NCBI GenBank assembly: GCA_009844405.1
Contig: VYBO01000138.1
Coordinates: 1,514 to 65,513, forward strand
Reading direction: 5' to 3'
From: Acidimicrobiaceae bacterium
Lineage (GTDB): Bacteria; Actinomycetota; Acidimicrobiia; Acidimicrobiales; Aldehydirespiratoraceae
Length of the DNA: 64,000 nt
A program made the position numbers and the translations under genes. This document shows positions 38,101-51,142 of the stretch, in pieces. The number at the start of each line of letters is the position of its first letter. The stretch's first letter is position 1. A model generated the notes under the pieces. The model had not been told where the DNA came from. It made no database searches and worked only from the letters and a program-made list of their open reading frames with translations.

Positions 38101-39726
38101 GTCCAGCGGCGGGTTGGTGACCTGCGCGAAGAGCTGCTTGAAGTAGTCGTAGATCGGCCGGGCCCGGTCCGACAGCACCGCCGGCGGAGTGTCGGTGCCC
38201 ATCGAGCCCAACGCCTCCTTGCCGTCGATGGCCATGGGCGCCAGCAGCAGACGGTGCTCCTCGTGGGTGTGGCCGAACATCTGCTGGCGCTGCACCAGCG
38301 AGCCCTCGTCGCGGCGGGACAAGTCACGCGCAGGCAGGTCGTCGAGGTGCACCAGGTTCTGGTCCAGCCACCGGCCGTAGGGACGGGCCGAGGCCAGGCG
38401 GTCCTTGATCTCGTCGTCGCGCACGATGCGGCCCTCGGCGGTGTCGATCAGGAACATGCGCCCGGGCTGGAGGCGGCCCTTCTCGACCACCGAGGACTGC
38501 GGCACGTCGATCACGCCGGCCTCGGACGCCATGACCACCAGACCGTCGCTGGTGACCATGTAGCGCGAGGGTCGCAGCCCGTTGCGGTCGAGAACCGCGC
38601 CGATCACGGCCCCGTCGGTGAACGCGATCGAGGCCGGGCCGTCCCAGGGCTCCATCCGGGTGGCGTGGTACTGGTAGAAGGCCTTGCGCTCGGCGGCCAT
38701 CTCGGCGTGATGCTCCCACGGCTCGGGGATCATCATCAGGACCGCCTCGGCCACCGAGCAGCCGCCCAGCGTCAACAGTTCGAGCACCTCGTCGAAGCCG
38801 GCGGTGTCGCTGGCGCCGGGCGTGCAGACGGGGAAGGCCCTCTCCAGGCCCTCCAGCGACGGCGACGACAGCAGCGTCTCGCGGGCCCGAATCCAGTTGC
38901 GGTTGCCGGCGATGGTGTTGATCTCACCGTTGTGGGCGATCATGCGGTAGGGGTGGGCCAGCGGCCACGACGGGAAGGTGTTGGTGGAGAAGCGGGAGTG
39001 GACCAGCGCCAGCGCGCTCTCGATCCGCTCGTCGCGCAGGTCGGCGTAGAACGACGTGAGCTGGCGGGACATCAGCATCCCCTTGTAGACCAGCGTCCGG
39101 GCGCTGAGGCTCGGGAAGTACACGCCGGCGTGGGGCGGTGCGGCGTTGCCCATGGCCGCGTCGTCGTCCTCGGCCGCCTCGTAGCCGGTGCCCCCCGGCC
39201 CGATCTCGTGCTCGATGCGCTTGCGCACGATGTAGACCCGCCGGTCCAAGTCGATGCCCGCGAGGTCGTCGCCGGCGATGAACACCTGGCGGAAGCTGGG
39301 CATCGCGGCCCGCGAGCCCGAGCCCAGCACCGCGGTGTCGACGGGGACGTCCCGCCACCCGATCACACGGAGTCCCTCGGACCCCACGATGCGCTGCACC
39401 TGGGCGGCCGCCTTTTCGGCGTCGTGGTGGGCCGGGGGCAGGAACCCGATGCCGGTGGCGTACTGGCCAGCGGGCGGGAGCTCGTAGTCCACGACGTCAC
39501 GCAGGAACCGGTCCGGTATCTGGATCAGGATGCCGGCGCCGTCGCCGGTGAGCGGGTCGGCGCCCAGCGCCCCCCGGTGCTCGAGATTGCACAGGGCCCG
39601 CACGCCGAGGGCCACCACGCTGTGGGATGCCTTCCCGCTGATGTTGCAAACGAAGCTGACGCCGCAGGCGTCGTGCTCGTTCTGCGGGTCGTAGAGGCCC
39701 TGGGGCTGTGCGGGGTCGGCAGCCAT
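35113..39726 (-). CDS. gltB: glutamate synthase large subunit
   Basis: 1537 aa with Ntn Cys (HDACGVSF), FMN and GXGXG domains. Confidence 0.95.
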   Translation of the reverse strand: MAADPAQPQGLYDPQNEHDACGVSFVCNISGKASHSVVALGVRALCNLEHRGALGADPLTGDGAGILIQIPDRFLRDVVDYELPPAGQYATGIGFLPPAHHDAEKAAAQVQRIVGSEGLRVIGWRDVPVDTAVLGSGSRAAMPSFRQVFIAGDDLAGIDLDRRVYIVRKRIEHEIGPGGTGYEAAEDDDAAMGNAAPPHAGVYFPSLSARTLVYKGMLMSRQLTSFYADLRDERIESALALVHSRFSTNTFPSWPLAHPYRMIAHNGEINTIAGNRNWIRARETLLSSPSLEGLERAFPVCTPGASDTAGFDEVLELLTLGGCSVAEAVLMMIPEPWEHHAEMAAERKAFYQYHATRMEPWDGPASIAFTDGAVIGAVLDRNGLRPSRYMVTSDGLVVMASEAGVIDVPQSSVVEKGRLQPGRMFLIDTAEGRIVRDDEIKDRLASARPYGRWLDQNLVHLDDLPARDLSRRDEGSLVQRQQMFGHTHEEHRLLLAPMAIDGKEALGSMGTDTPPAVLSDRARPIYDYFKQLFAQVTNPPLDAIREELVTSLYARVGGEGNLFDPQPSSCRTVHLDSPVITDSELARLVEIDGPGGLGDFRTEVLPALFAVVDGGDGLRRALDGLCEAASDAIEAGANILVVSDRGSDERMAPIPSLLAVSALHQHLVRERTRTRVGLVSESGDAREVHHLCLHLGYGANAVNPYLAFETITQMVTEGLHGLDPATGVEAAHRNFVKAACAGILKVMSKMGISTVASYTGAQIFEAIGLGPELVDKHFTGTASRLGGIGTEEIAAAVAVRHRRAFPANATRRAHRTIEAGGEYQWRREGEYHLFNPETVFKLQHATRERRFDIFGEYTRRVDDQSSRLGTLRGLFRLRTGERPAVPLDEVEPVAAIVRRFATGAMSYGSISKEAHETLAIAMNRIGGKSNTGEGGEDADRYIPDPNGDLRRSAVKQAASGRFGVTSEYLVNADDIQIKMAQGAKPGEGGQLPGHKVYPWIAKTRHSTPGVGLISPPPHHDIYSIEDLAQLIHDLKNANPAARIHVKLVAEVGVGTVAAGVSKAHADVVLISGHDGGTGASPLTSIKHAGAPWELGLAETQQTLLLNDLRDRIVVQVDGQLKTGRDVVIAALLGAEEFGFATAPLVVMGCVMMRVCHLDTCPVGVATQNPELRKKFSGQPEFVVNFFEFIAEEVREMLAELGFRSIEEAVGQVEMLDVTDAVDHWKASGLDLTPILHLPPVEPGAVRHQRAEQDHGLDRALDQMLIKLAEGALSDSRPVTIDIPIRNTNRTVGTLLGSEVTRRYGAAGLPDETIVVNFTGSAGTSFGAFVPRGITLRLEGDANDYVGKGLSGGRIVVRPPADANFAAERNVIAGNVIGYGATSGEMYLRGLVGERFCVRNSGAIAVVEGVGDHGCEYMTGGRTVVLGPVGRNFAAGMSGGIALVYDPGGRLPVRANPEMVELEELDGEDFVWLRHRVERHRHETGSEVAARLLDDWASASKKFVKVMPIDYKRVRQAAEQARVEGIDEVAAVMAAAHG

Positions 39727-39906
39727 CGTTCTCCTCGCGGGAGGCTGGATCGTCGTCGGCAGCGCTTCTCAGGCAGAACTGGTGTGCCCGAACCGCGGCT
39801 TGCACGGCGGCGGGAGGGACGTCATTGGCCGCTCACCGCTCGAAACACGTCCAGACAACCTACCGGACACTCCCCGCGAACCGTCAAGTCGACAGGCGGC
39901 CGTGGA

Positions 39907-41484
39907 TCAGCGGCGGGCTGCCCGGGTCAGGGCCCTGACCCGGTAGACGTAGGGCACTACCGCCAGCAGGACGGGCAGGATCTCCAGGCGACCGACAATC
40001 ATCAGCAACGCCAGCACGAGCCGGGCCGGCTGGCTGAACGCCACCGCGTAGTTGGAGGTCGGGCCGGCCTCGCCGAGGGCCGGGCCCATGTTCCCAAGCG
40101 CCGAGACGACCGATCCGAGCGAGGTCTCGAGCTCCCCGCCGAGTGCGGTGACCGCCAGCAGGCCCGCGATCACCAGCAGGAAGTGGAGCAGGAAGAACCC
40201 GGCCACCCGGGACACGACGTTCTCGCTGACGGTGTCGCGGCCGAGGCGGATCGGGATCACGGCCCGGGGCGTCTGGGAGTGCTGGACGGAGCGCAGCATC
40301 ACCAGCCCCAGCACCTGCATGCGCATCACCTTGATACCGCCCGAGGTCGAGCCCGTGCAGCCGCCTACCACCATCAGGAAAAGCAGCACGAGCTGCGCCC
40401 CGGCGACCCAGGTCACATAGTCGCCGGGCGAGCCGGGCCCGGTGGCGTTGGAAAGGCCGGTGCTGGTGCCCAACGACACCACGGTGAAGACCGCTCCCCG
40501 GATCGCTGAGCCCAGCGGCAGGCCGCTCTCCAGCCACACCAGGATCACGATGACGGCCGAGGCCACGGCCAGCACGCCGAGGTACGAGCGGAACTCGCTG
40601 TTGCGGTGATGCGGCAGCCTGCCGGTGGCCACCGCCCGCCAGTGCAGCGAGAAGCTGGCGCCGCCGAGGACCATGAACACGATCACCACCGTCTCGACGG
40701 CGACGCTGTCGTAGTGCCCGATCGAGTCGGCATGCACCGAGAAGCCGCCGGTGGCCGCGAGCGTGAACGCGTGGGCCACCGCGTCGTAGAGCGATGAGAA
40801 TCCGTCAGCCGCGAAGAAGGCCACCGTCGCGCATGCCGTGAAGCCGATGTACACCATCCACAGGCGCCGGGCGGTCTCGCTGACCCTCGGGGTGAGTCGG
40901 TCCGAGGTTGTTCCCGGCGCCTCGGCCGTGATCAGCTCCAGCCCGCCGACACCGAGGAACGGGAGCACCGCCACCGCCAGGACCACTACGCCCATGCCGC
41001 CGTACCAGTGAGTGAGCTGGCGGTACATCATCAGGCCGCGGCCCGGGGACTCGAAGTCGGTCAGCACGGTGGAGCCGCTGGCCGAGAAGCCCGACGCCGA
41101 CTCGAACACGCTGTTGACGACCTGCTCGACGAAGCCCGCGCCGGGTACGGCGAAGGTGCCGGCAAGCATGAAGGGAAGGGCGCCCACGACGGTGGTGAGG
41201 ATCCAGGTCCACGCCACCGTGGCGAAGATGTCGCGCTTGCGGATCGCGCCGGGCACGGTGAGGTGCCACAGCAGGCCTCCCGCCGCTCCGGCCACCAGCG
41301 CGGAGGCCCCCAGTGCCATCGTGTCGCGCCGGCTGGTGGCCGCCTCCAGCAGAGCGCAGGCCAGCATCCCCAGCGACACCGCGGCCAAAGCGATGCCGAG
41401 GATGTGAAGGGTCGTTGAGGCGAACCGGTCCCGGAGCGGGCCCGGGCCGGTCGGCGCGGCCGCGGGAACTCCACCTTCAGCCAT
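39907..41484 (-). CDS. trkH: Trk-type K+ uptake membrane subunit
   Basis: Polytopic, with TrkH/KtrB-like repeated M1-P-M2 units (GFSASGSTV, TGGFS, GTSTG, CTGSTSGGIK). Confidence 0.85.
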   Translation of the reverse strand: MAEGGVPAAAPTGPGPLRDRFASTTLHILGIALAAVSLGMLACALLEAATSRRDTMALGASALVAGAAGGLLWHLTVPGAIRKRDIFATVAWTWILTTVVGALPFMLAGTFAVPGAGFVEQVVNSVFESASGFSASGSTVLTDFESPGRGLMMYRQLTHWYGGMGVVVLAVAVLPFLGVGGLELITAEAPGTTSDRLTPRVSETARRLWMVYIGFTACATVAFFAADGFSSLYDAVAHAFTLAATGGFSVHADSIGHYDSVAVETVVIVFMVLGGASFSLHWRAVATGRLPHHRNSEFRSYLGVLAVASAVIVILVWLESGLPLGSAIRGAVFTVVSLGTSTGLSNATGPGSPGDYVTWVAGAQLVLLFLMVVGGCTGSTSGGIKVMRMQVLGLVMLRSVQHSQTPRAVIPIRLGRDTVSENVVSRVAGFFLLHFLLVIAGLLAVTALGGELETSLGSVVSALGNMGPALGEAGPTSNYAVAFSQPARLVLALLMIVGRLEILPVLLAVVPYVYRVRALTRAARR

Positions 41485-43072
41485 CGCCGGACCTGGACTC
41501 GGCCAGAGCCTCGAGGCGGCGCAGCGCCAGCCTGGCCGAGAAGCGGCCCCGCCGCACCGCGGCCTTGTACCAGTTCATGACCAGGCCGAGGCCGGCCAGC
41601 ACCGGAGGCACCGACATCCGGCCGCCCATCATCAGCGGCACCAGGGCCAACCGCTCCGCCCGGTCCACGCCGTCGAGCAGGCCGAAGGCCCCGATCTCCC
41701 CGACCGCGGGACCGAAGGTGGTCACCGCGCTCACCGACCCCCACACGCTGCCCAGCAGCGACACGCCCGAGACGCCCAGCAGCAGGGCCCCGACCCCCAC
41801 CAGGACGACATACGCGACCTGGTGGCCGCCCAAGCGGTCCAGGGTGCGCTGGGATAGGGCCTCGTCATTGCGCCGCACCAGGACGACCGCGTACGGGTCG
41901 AGCTGGCGGCGAAGCTCTCCCCCGGCCGAGCCCATTAGCAACTGGACCCGCATGACCCGCATGCCGCCTCCCGGCGAGCCCATCATGGAGCCGATCCCGG
42001 CCGCGACCAGCATGATCACGGTGGTCGCGGTCCCCCACCCGGTCCAGTCGACGACCGCGAACCCGGTGGTGCTCACGGCCGACACGGCCATGAAGGCGGC
42101 CTCGCCCCAGCCGACGCCCCGGTGCAGGCCCATGGCCGCGGTGGCTGCCGCCAGCAGCACGACGAAGGTCCTGAGCTCCTGGGAGCGCCAGAGGGAACGG
42201 AGCCGTCCCCGGGCGATCCACCAGACCACGAAGATCCCCGCGCCGGCCAGGAACATGCCGGCGCCGGCCACCGCCTGGGTGGCACCCCCGCAGCCGGCCA
42301 GCGAGTCGGCCCGGCCGGTGAAGCCCCCGGTGGATGCGGTGCCCAGCCCAACCACCAGCGCATCAGTGACACCCAGTCCGGTCAGCAGGTAGGCGACCAC
42401 GCAGGCCGCGGTGAAGCCCGAGTACAGGAGGAGCACCCGTCGCTGGCCGGTGGAGGCGCTGGGGACGAGGTCCAGCCCCCTGCGCCCGGTGGTGTAGCCG
42501 ATCAGGGCCGTGGACCGCAGCACGGCCGGGAGGGTCACCACCCCGATCCACACCGCCATCAGTCCCCCCACCCAACTGGTGGCCGCCCTGAACAGCAGGA
42601 CCGACCGCGACGCCTCGGCGGCGTCCAGGAGGGTGAGCGACGTGGTGGTGAAGCCGGCGGCCGACTCGACCAGGGCGTCGTCTAGGCGGGCCAGGGTGCC
42701 GCTGCCCGCATACAGGACCGTGCCGAACATCACCAGTGCCGTCCAGAGCAGGCCGATCCCGGCGAACACCCGGCCCGTTCCGGGCCGTTCCGGCGGCGCC
42801 ACCCGCCGTCTGGCCACGGCCGCGAGGGCCGCGAGGACCGCCCCCACGCAGGCGAACGCGACGGCGTCGGTGCTGTCGTCCCCGATCCCGGCGAGGCCGC
42901 ACAGCATGGTCACCACGCCGAGGACGAGGCCGGCGTCGACGATGGACGCGAGCGCCCAGGACACGATCCGCGCCGGCGGCCGCCTCGCCGAGCCGGGAAG
43001 CAGGGGGCGGGTGCGGCGCAGCCCGCCCAGACGTCTCAAGCCGGCAGCCGGTCGACCCGCTAGTCTTCGCAC
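41477..43072 (-). CDS. second TrkH-family membrane subunit
   Basis: Paralogous polytopic protein (AAGFTTTS, STGGFTG, STTGF, GSPGGGMR), overlapping both neighbours. Confidence 0.8.
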   Translation of the reverse strand: MRRLAGRPAAGLRRLGGLRRTRPLLPGSARRPPARIVSWALASIVDAGLVLGVVTMLCGLAGIGDDSTDAVAFACVGAVLAALAAVARRRVAPPERPGTGRVFAGIGLLWTALVMFGTVLYAGSGTLARLDDALVESAAGFTTTSLTLLDAAEASRSVLLFRAATSWVGGLMAVWIGVVTLPAVLRSTALIGYTTGRRGLDLVPSASTGQRRVLLLYSGFTAACVVAYLLTGLGVTDALVVGLGTASTGGFTGRADSLAGCGGATQAVAGAGMFLAGAGIFVVWWIARGRLRSLWRSQELRTFVVLLAAATAAMGLHRGVGWGEAAFMAVSAVSTTGFAVVDWTGWGTATTVIMLVAAGIGSMMGSPGGGMRVMRVQLLMGSAGGELRRQLDPYAVVLVRRNDEALSQRTLDRLGGHQVAYVVLVGVGALLLGVSGVSLLGSVWGSVSAVTTFGPAVGEIGAFGLLDGVDRAERLALVPLMMGGRMSVPPVLAGLGLVMNWYKAAVRRGRFSARLALRRLEALAESRSGDG

Positions 43073-44412
43073 GTCAACAGCCGGTGGACCTCCCGAGCCG
43101 AGCCCGGGGTGGCGAAGGCGACCACATGGTCGCGTCCGCGCAGCCGGCTCCGGCCGCGGGCGATCTGCGGCTTGCCGTCGCGCACGATGGCCCCGATGAG
43201 CACGCCCTTGGGCAGCTTGAGGTCCTTCACGAGAGCCTCGTCGGCCGGGCTGCCCTTCTCCACCTCGAGCTCCAGCACCTCGGCGTCGGACTCCAGGAAG
43301 GTGGTCACCGCGGCCACGTCGCCGCGCACGAAGCGCATCACCCCGTCGGCGGTGGCCGTCCGGGGCGACAGGGACACATCGACGCCCGCGGAGTCCAGCA
43401 GCGACAGCAGGGCCAGCTTGTGCACCACCGCGATCGTCTCCGACGCGCCCACGGACTTGGCGTAGAGGCAGGCCAGGATGTTCGACTCGTCCTCGCCTGT
43501 CAACGCAGCCACCACGTCGAACCGGCCCAGGTTGGTCTCCTCGAGGAGGTCGGCGTCGGTTATGTCACCCTCGAACACCTGCACATCCGCGAGGTGCTCG
43601 GCCAGCTCCAGGGCCCGCGGCGCGTCGCGCTCGACGATGACCACCTCGACGCCTCTCGACACCAGCCGGGCCGCGAGGATCTCGGCGGTGCGGCCCCCGC
43701 CGAGCAGCAGCACGTGGCGGACCGCACCGGCTCCCAGGCCCAGGAGTTTGGCCACCCGGTGACGGGCCCGCCGCTTGCACACCACCCGCACCAGGTCGTC
43801 CTCGAGCAGCATGTAGTCGGCGCGGGGTATGTAGGTGTCCTCGCCCCGGGAGATCGACCCGACCATGAACTCCCAGTCGGGCTCGTACTCGGCGGCGATC
43901 TCCGACAGGCGCCGGCCCACGATCGGGGCGTCGGCCTCGAGGCGGGCGCCCATGACGATGGCCTCGCCGTGGGCCATGAGCGCGATCTCCGACGCCCCGG
44001 GGTAGTCGAGCAGGTCGAGGATCCGCTCCGCGGTCGCGTAGTCGGGATCGATCACCAGGTCGGCGCGGAATGTCTGCCTCAACTCTGCCGAGGCCTTGCC
44101 GCGCAACTCCTCGGCCTCGATGCGAACGATCGCCTTGTCCACACCCCGCTGCTTGGCGATCAGCGACACGACCAGGTTCACCTCGTCGTTGCTGGTGACC
44201 GCCACGACCAGCTCGCAGCTGTCGAGGCCGGCGTCGAAGAGCACGCTGGGATGGGTGCCGCTGCCCTCCACCGTCAGCACGTCGAGGTCGGCGCCGATCT
44301 GGCGGAGACGGTCGGCGTCGACGTCCACCACCGCGACGTTGTGGCGCTCACGGCTGAGCCGGGCGGCCACGTAGGAGCCGACCTCTCCGGCCCCCACCAC
44401 GATGACATGCAC
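43060..44412 (-). CDS. trkA: Trk system NAD-binding subunit (two RCK units)
   Basis: MHVIVVGAGEVG and LLLGGGRTA Rossmann motifs. Confidence 0.9.
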   Translation of the reverse strand: MHVIVVGAGEVGSYVAARLSRERHNVAVVDVDADRLRQIGADLDVLTVEGSGTHPSVLFDAGLDSCELVVAVTSNDEVNLVVSLIAKQRGVDKAIVRIEAEELRGKASAELRQTFRADLVIDPDYATAERILDLLDYPGASEIALMAHGEAIVMGARLEADAPIVGRRLSEIAAEYEPDWEFMVGSISRGEDTYIPRADYMLLEDDLVRVVCKRRARHRVAKLLGLGAGAVRHVLLLGGGRTAEILAARLVSRGVEVVIVERDAPRALELAEHLADVQVFEGDITDADLLEETNLGRFDVVAALTGEDESNILACLYAKSVGASETIAVVHKLALLSLLDSAGVDVSLSPRTATADGVMRFVRGDVAAVTTFLESDAEVLELEVEKGSPADEALVKDLKLPKGVLIGAIVRDGKPQIARGRSRLRGRDHVVAFATPGSAREVHRLLTCED

Positions 44413-44466
44413 GACTATGTTCTAGCGCTCCGGCGGGCCACTAGCGCGATCAGGCCGGCGGGCCGA

Positions 44467-45057
44467 TCAGGCCAGAAGCCCGCCCTCGGCGATAACGATG
44501 CCGGCATCGGTGGCGACTGCGTCGAGAGGCACGTCCCACCGGTCCTGGGGGACCTCGGCGACCTGCTGGAACGAGTAGGCGACGCCGATGGCCGCGGGTC
44601 GGGGTCCGCCGGTCGGCAGCGCCGCCAGGGCCCGGTCGTAGAACCCCCCTCCCTGTCCCAGCCGGCGGCAGCGCCCGTCGAACGCGGCGAGGGGCACCAG
44701 CACCGCATCGTGGTCGGCGAAGGCCACCACCTCGCCGTCGACCGGCTCGGGAATGCCGAAGGACCCCCGCACGAGCGACTGGCCCTCCCGCCAGGCCACG
44801 AACTCCAGGTCGTCGCCCACCACGCGGGGGACCGTGAACACCTCCCGGCGCGGTCCGTCCAGCAGCACGTCGAGCGGAATCTCCCCCCGCACGGCCCGGT
44901 AGGCGGCGACGCGGCGAGCCCCGGCTATCGCCGGAAAGGCTCCCAACCGCCGTGCCACGGCTGCTCCGGCCTCGGCCACGGCCGCCGGGCTCAACCGCGC
45001 GCGGCGGGCCCTCATCTCAGCCCGGAGGCGGGCCTTGGCATCCGACACCGAATCCAT
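44467..45057 (-). CDS. 5-formyltetrahydrofolate cyclo-ligase
   Basis: LR...R......A...............A.Y....GE...........P.V...L.F..........G.FGI.EP........D.VLVPL.AFD..G.RLG.GGG.YDR pattern. Confidence 0.8.
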   Translation of the reverse strand: MDSVSDAKARLRAEMRARRARLSPAAVAEAGAAVARRLGAFPAIAGARRVAAYRAVRGEIPLDVLLDGPRREVFTVPRVVGDDLEFVAWREGQSLVRGSFGIPEPVDGEVVAFADHDAVLVPLAAFDGRCRRLGQGGGFYDRALAALPTGGPRPAAIGVAYSFQQVAEVPQDRWDVPLDAVATDAGIVIAEGGLLA

Positions 45058-45108
45058 CCCCCAAGAGTAGGCTCGCCGGGTTCTAGGACTCTCAAAGGGA
45101 GCAGTGTC

Positions 45109-47217
<2,109 letters not shown>

Positions 47218-47232
47218 CAGCAGGGCGCGGTC

Positions 47233-48135
47233 GTGGTATCGGAGCTCTTCGACGCTGGTGCCTGGCGGGCTGTCGACGGCTTCGAGGATCTCACCGACGT
47301 CACCTACCACCGGGCGGTGGGCCAGGGAACGGTTCGGGTCGCCTTCGACCGCCCCGAGGTGCGCAACGCCTTCCGCCCCCACACCGTGGACGAGCTGTAC
47401 CGCTGCCTCGACCACGCCCGCATGACCGGCGACGTTGGCTGCGTGCTGATCACCGGCAACGGGCCGTCACCCCGCGACGGGGGCTGGGCCTTCTGCTCGG
47501 GCGGGGACCAGCGCATCCGGGGCCGGGACGGCTACCGGTACGCCTCCGGCGAGACCGGCGACACCATCGACGCCGGTCGGTCGGGGCGGCTGCACATCCT
47601 CGAGGTGCAGCGCCTGATCCGCATGATGCCCAAAGTGGTGGTCGCGGTGGTGCCCGGCTGGGCCGTGGGCGGGGGCCACAGCCTCCACGCGGTGGCCGAC
47701 CTGACCCTGGCCAGCGCCGAGCACGGCCTGTTCCAGCAGACCGACACCGACGTGGCCAGCTTCGACGGCGGGTTCGGCTCGGGCTACCTGGCCCGGCTCA
47801 TCGGCCAGAAGCGGGCCCGCGAGATCTTCTTCCTGGGTCGCACCTACTCGGCCCAGGAGGCCTTCGAGATGGGCATGGTCAACAAGGTGGTCCCGCACGT
47901 CGAGCTCGAGAGGGTCGCCCTGGAGTGGGCGCGGGAGATCAACGCCAAGAGCCCGACGGCGCAGCGGATGGTGAAGTTCGCGCTCAACCTGGTCGACGAC
48001 GGGCTGATCGGCCAGCAGGTCTTCGCCGGCGAGGCCACCCGGCTGGCCTACATGACCGACGAGGCCGCCGAGGGCCGCGACGCCTTCCTGCACAAGCGCC
48101 CCCCCGACTGGTCACCCTTCCCCTGGCACTACTGA
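47233..48135 (+). CDS. menB: 1,4-dihydroxy-2-naphthoyl-CoA synthase
   Basis: Crotonase fold with FCSGGDQ..RG..GY and the C-terminal DAFLHKRPPDW. Confidence 0.9.
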   Translation: MVSELFDAGAWRAVDGFEDLTDVTYHRAVGQGTVRVAFDRPEVRNAFRPHTVDELYRCLDHARMTGDVGCVLITGNGPSPRDGGWAFCSGGDQRIRGRDGYRYASGETGDTIDAGRSGRLHILEVQRLIRMMPKVVVAVVPGWAVGGGHSLHAVADLTLASAEHGLFQQTDTDVASFDGGFGSGYLARLIGQKRAREIFFLGRTYSAQEAFEMGMVNKVVPHVELERVALEWAREINAKSPTAQRMVKFALNLVDDGLIGQQVFAGEATRLAYMTDEAAEGRDAFLHKRPPDWSPFPWHY

Positions 48136-48178
48136 GCGACGGCCCGCCGGTCGCGTCGGGCGGGCTCCGCACCACTCC

Positions 48179-48282
48179 CGCTCTTGTTCGCCGCGCTCGC
48201 GGGCCGCTCGGGCCACGGCCTCGCCCGTATGGGGCGCGTTCGCCCGTATGGGACGGATTCGCTCGAATTATCGCTCGGCCTC
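48179..48282 (+). repeat. dispersed intergenic repeat, copy R4 (104 nt, internal 19-nt duplication)
   Basis: Same ends as R1-R3. CGCCCGTATGGG occurs twice (48222 and 48241). The right end overlaps the stop codon of the RNA methyltransferase gene. Confidence 0.75.
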
Positions 48283-49547
48283 TAGGGCGTCGCGATGAAG
48301 GCCGCTACCGTCTCTACGTGGGAGGTGAGGGGGAAGAGGTCGACGACGGTCCAGCGGTCGAGGGTGTAGCCGCATTCGATGAGGCGGCCGGCGTCCTTGG
48401 CGAACGACGACGGGTCGCAGCTCACCAGCACCACCAGGCGGGGCTTGCACGACAGCAGAGGGCGCACGGCCGCCTCGCCGAGCCCGGAGCGGGCCGGGTC
48501 GGCCACCAGGACGCTGGCCGGCGAGGCCCGCCACTTCTCCACCGGGATCCGCAGCACCTTGGCACCGTCGCCCAGGTTGACCCGGGCGTCGGCCGCGGCG
48601 TCGACGCTGCGCTCGATGGCGGTGACCTTGCGGCCGGAGCCGACCGTGCCTGCGAACAGCCCGACGCCGGCGTAGGCGTCCACTAGCGGGCCCTCGTCGG
48701 CCAGGTCCTCCACCATCTCGGCCACCTCGTCGATGAGGGCCTCTGCCCCCGCGGGCCGGTTCTGGAAGAAGGACCGGGCCGAGATCCTCCAACGCCGGCC
48801 CGACAACTCCTCGTGTATCCACGCCCGCCGGTCGTTGTCGAGCTCGTCGGTGCCCACCACCATCACGTCGTCGGGAACCGAGACCCCGCCGACGGTGGGG
48901 TCGACCACCACCATCCGCTCCCCGGTGCGGGACCCCACCCGGATGAACACGCCGTCGGCGGGGCCGTAACGGCCCTCGACCAACAGCTCCTCGGCCGCGT
49001 CGTCGACCGCCCCGCAGTCCTCGGGGACGACCACCTCGTGGCTGGAGCGGGCCATGAACCCGGCTCGCCCGTCCACCACCCTGGCCCGCACCGTGGTGCG
49101 GCCCCGGTCGGCGTCGAGCATCCGCAGGGCCGGGGCGGGCGCGTCCACGCCGTGGCGGGTGAGCTGGTCCACCACGATCGACGCCTTCATCCGCATCTGG
49201 GCCCGGGCATCGACATGGAGCATGTCGCAGCCGCCGCAGCCCTCGAGATGGTGCTCGCAGGCGATCGGAACGCGGTTCGGCGACTCCTCCAGCACCTCGA
49301 TGAGCCTTGCTCTGGCCCAGCGCCGATCGACGGTGTGGATATCGGCGGTTACCAGCTCTCCGGGCAGGGCGCCCTCGACGAAGACAACTCGCCCGTCGCA
49401 GCCCCTAGCCACCCCGACGCCGTCGCGCGCCGTGGCCGTCACCCGCAACTCCACGAAAGCGACGGTATCGGCGCGATCAGCGATAGCGACCACCCCCTCT
49501 GATCGGCTTCCGTTCGGTGAAACGGCGGCGGCTGCGACCAAGCTCAT
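48282..49547 (-). CDS. TrmA/RlmD-family RNA (uracil-C5) methyltransferase with TRAM domain
   Basis: Cys cluster C..H..GCGGC, AYAGVGLF, DPARSG and SCDP...D.FP.TSHVE motifs. Confidence 0.85.
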   Translation of the reverse strand: MSLVAAAAVSPNGSRSEGVVAIADRADTVAFVELRVTATARDGVGVARGCDGRVVFVEGALPGELVTADIHTVDRRWARARLIEVLEESPNRVPIACEHHLEGCGGCDMLHVDARAQMRMKASIVVDQLTRHGVDAPAPALRMLDADRGRTTVRARVVDGRAGFMARSSHEVVVPEDCGAVDDAAEELLVEGRYGPADGVFIRVGSRTGERMVVVDPTVGGVSVPDDVMVVGTDELDNDRRAWIHEELSGRRWRISARSFFQNRPAGAEALIDEVAEMVEDLADEGPLVDAYAGVGLFAGTVGSGRKVTAIERSVDAAADARVNLGDGAKVLRIPVEKWRASPASVLVADPARSGLGEAAVRPLLSCKPRLVVLVSCDPSSFAKDAGRLIECGYTLDRWTVVDLFPLTSHVETVAAFIATP

Positions 49548-49578
49548 CGGCCGGGCGCGGCGCGGTTAGGGTTCAGGC

Positions 49579-50235
49579 GTGGCTGTGGAGATAGCGCCCT
49601 CGGTGCTGGCGGCCGACGCCTCACGCCTGGGCTCCGAGTGCCGGGCCATCGCCGAGGCGGGCGCTCATCGGGTCCACTGGGATGTGATGGACGGGGTGTT
49701 CGTGCCCAACCTCACCTTCGGACCCGACGTGGTGGCGGCCTGCCGGCCGCTGGTGGACCTGCACTTCGAGGCCCACCTCATGGTGGTGAAGCCCGACGAG
49801 TTGGCCCCCCTCTACATCGAGGCCGGTTGCGACACCGTGCTGATCCATGCCGAGACCTGCCCGCACCTGCACCGCTCGCTGGCCGCCATCTCCGAGGCCG
49901 GCGCCCGCTGCGGCGTGGTGCTCAATCCCCACACCCCGGCGTCGAGCATCTCCGAAGTGGTGCCGATGATCGACGAGGTGCTGGTGATGACGGTCAACCC
50001 CGGCTTCGGCGGGCAGCGCTACATCGCCTCGGTCGAGTCGAAGATCGCGGCCGTGCGCCGCATGATCGAGGACTCCGATCGCGACATCGACTTGGAGGTC
50101 GACGGAGGCATCAGCGCGGCGACCGCTGGAGCCGCGGTCGGGGCCGGGGCGAACGTCTTGGTGGCCGGCTCGGCGGTGTTCGGCCACCCCGAGGGCCCGG
50201 CCATCGCCATCAAGGAGCTGTCCGCCAGCGTCTGA
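49579..50235 (+). CDS. rpe: ribulose-phosphate 3-epimerase
   Basis: PS.L.AD...L......A.....HWDVMDG.FVPN...G and MTVNPGFGGQ. Confidence 0.9.
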   Translation: MAVEIAPSVLAADASRLGSECRAIAEAGAHRVHWDVMDGVFVPNLTFGPDVVAACRPLVDLHFEAHLMVVKPDELAPLYIEAGCDTVLIHAETCPHLHRSLAAISEAGARCGVVLNPHTPASSISEVVPMIDEVLVMTVNPGFGGQRYIASVESKIAAVRRMIEDSDRDIDLEVDGGISAATAGAAVGAGANVLVAGSAVFGHPEGPAIAIKELSASV

Positions 50236-50312
50236 GTAGGCCTGCCAATCGAATTGGCAGCGCTCAGCGCCCTTTTCGGCATCCTCCGCTGCCAGTTCCC
50301 GCCGGGGGGCGG

Positions 50313-50948
50313 CTACAGCATCTCGCCGCGCTTGACGATGACGTGGTCGATGATGCCGTAGTCCATGGCCTCCGACGCCGTGAACCATCGGTCGCGGTCG
50401 GAGTCGGCCTCGATCTGCTCGACGGTCTGGCCGGTGTGGTGGGCGATGCGCTCCTGGAGGAGCTTCTTGGTGTAGGCCATCTGCTCGGCCTGGATGGCGA
50501 TGTCGGTGGCCTGGCCCCGAACCCCTCCGAGGGGCTGGTGCATCATGATCCGGGCGTGGGGCAGGGCGTAGCGCTTGCCGGGAGCCCCCGCGCACAGCAG
50601 GAACTGGCCCATAGACGCGCCCAGGCCGATGCAGATGGTGCCCACCTCGGGCTGGATGAACTGCATGGTGTCGTAGATCGCCATGCCGGACGTGACCGAG
50701 CCGCCGGGGCTGTTGATGTACAGCCAGACGGGCCTGCGGGCGTCCTGGCCCTCCAGGTACAGCAGCTGCGCCATGATGAAATTGGCCACGTCGTCGTTGA
50801 CGTCGGACCCGAGCACCACGATTCGATCCTGCAGGAGCCGGCTGTACACCTCGCTCTGGCGGTTGGCGACGGTGGTCGGCGTCTCGAATCCCACCTCGCC
50901 GGGCTCGGGACGGAGTTGGGGCGGCAGTGCATGCGACGTCATGGCCAC
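50313..50948 (-). CDS. clpP: ATP-dependent Clp protease proteolytic subunit
   Basis: [18 protein letters not shown] (Ser) and MMHQPLGG (His). Confidence 0.9.
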   Translation of the reverse strand: MAMTSHALPPQLRPEPGEVGFETPTTVANRQSEVYSRLLQDRIVVLGSDVNDDVANFIMAQLLYLEGQDARRPVWLYINSPGGSVTSGMAIYDTMQFIQPEVGTICIGLGASMGQFLLCAGAPGKRYALPHARIMMHQPLGGVRGQATDIAIQAEQMAYTKKLLQERIAHHTGQTVEQIEADSDRDRWFTASEAMDYGIIDHVIVKRGEML

Positions 50949-51028
50949 GAGGCTACCGGTGCCGCACGCGGGCAGAACCCCACCGGCGGACCGGGCGGCG
51001 GCAGGCCGTCAGATACCCTGATCGGACT

Positions 51029-51113
51029 CGCGGACGTGGCGGAATCTGGCAGACGCGCTGGGTTTAGGTCCCAGTACCCACCAGGGTGTGGGGGTTCGAA
51101 TCCCCCCGTCCGC
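51029..51113 (+). tRNA. tRNA-Leu (anticodon UAG), long variable arm, CCA not encoded
   Basis: Acceptor GCGGACG/CGTCCGC, anticodon stem CTGGG/CCCAG with loop TTTAGGT, T-arm GGGGG-TTCGAAT-CCCCC. Confidence 0.9.
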
Positions 51114-51142
51114 ACCCACCACCCACGAAGGGAGACAACCAA

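Noticed and set aside
35284-40509. 1741-aa ORF on the plus strand
   Set aside because: It lies entirely antisense to gltB/gltD-region coding sequence. Its composition is Arg/Gly/Ala/Pro/His-rich and low-complexity, as expected for antisense frames in roughly 70% G+C DNA. gltB on the minus strand has unmistakable motifs.
39907-43072. Tandem TrkH genes as something unusual
   Set aside because: Paralogous trkH pairs downstream of trkA are a common operon layout. Both copies look intact.
44413-44466. c-di-AMP (ydaO-type) riboswitch upstream of trkA
   Set aside because: The leader is only about 54 nt, too short for that riboswitch, and no conserved ACGGGG/CCCG pseudoknot elements were seen.
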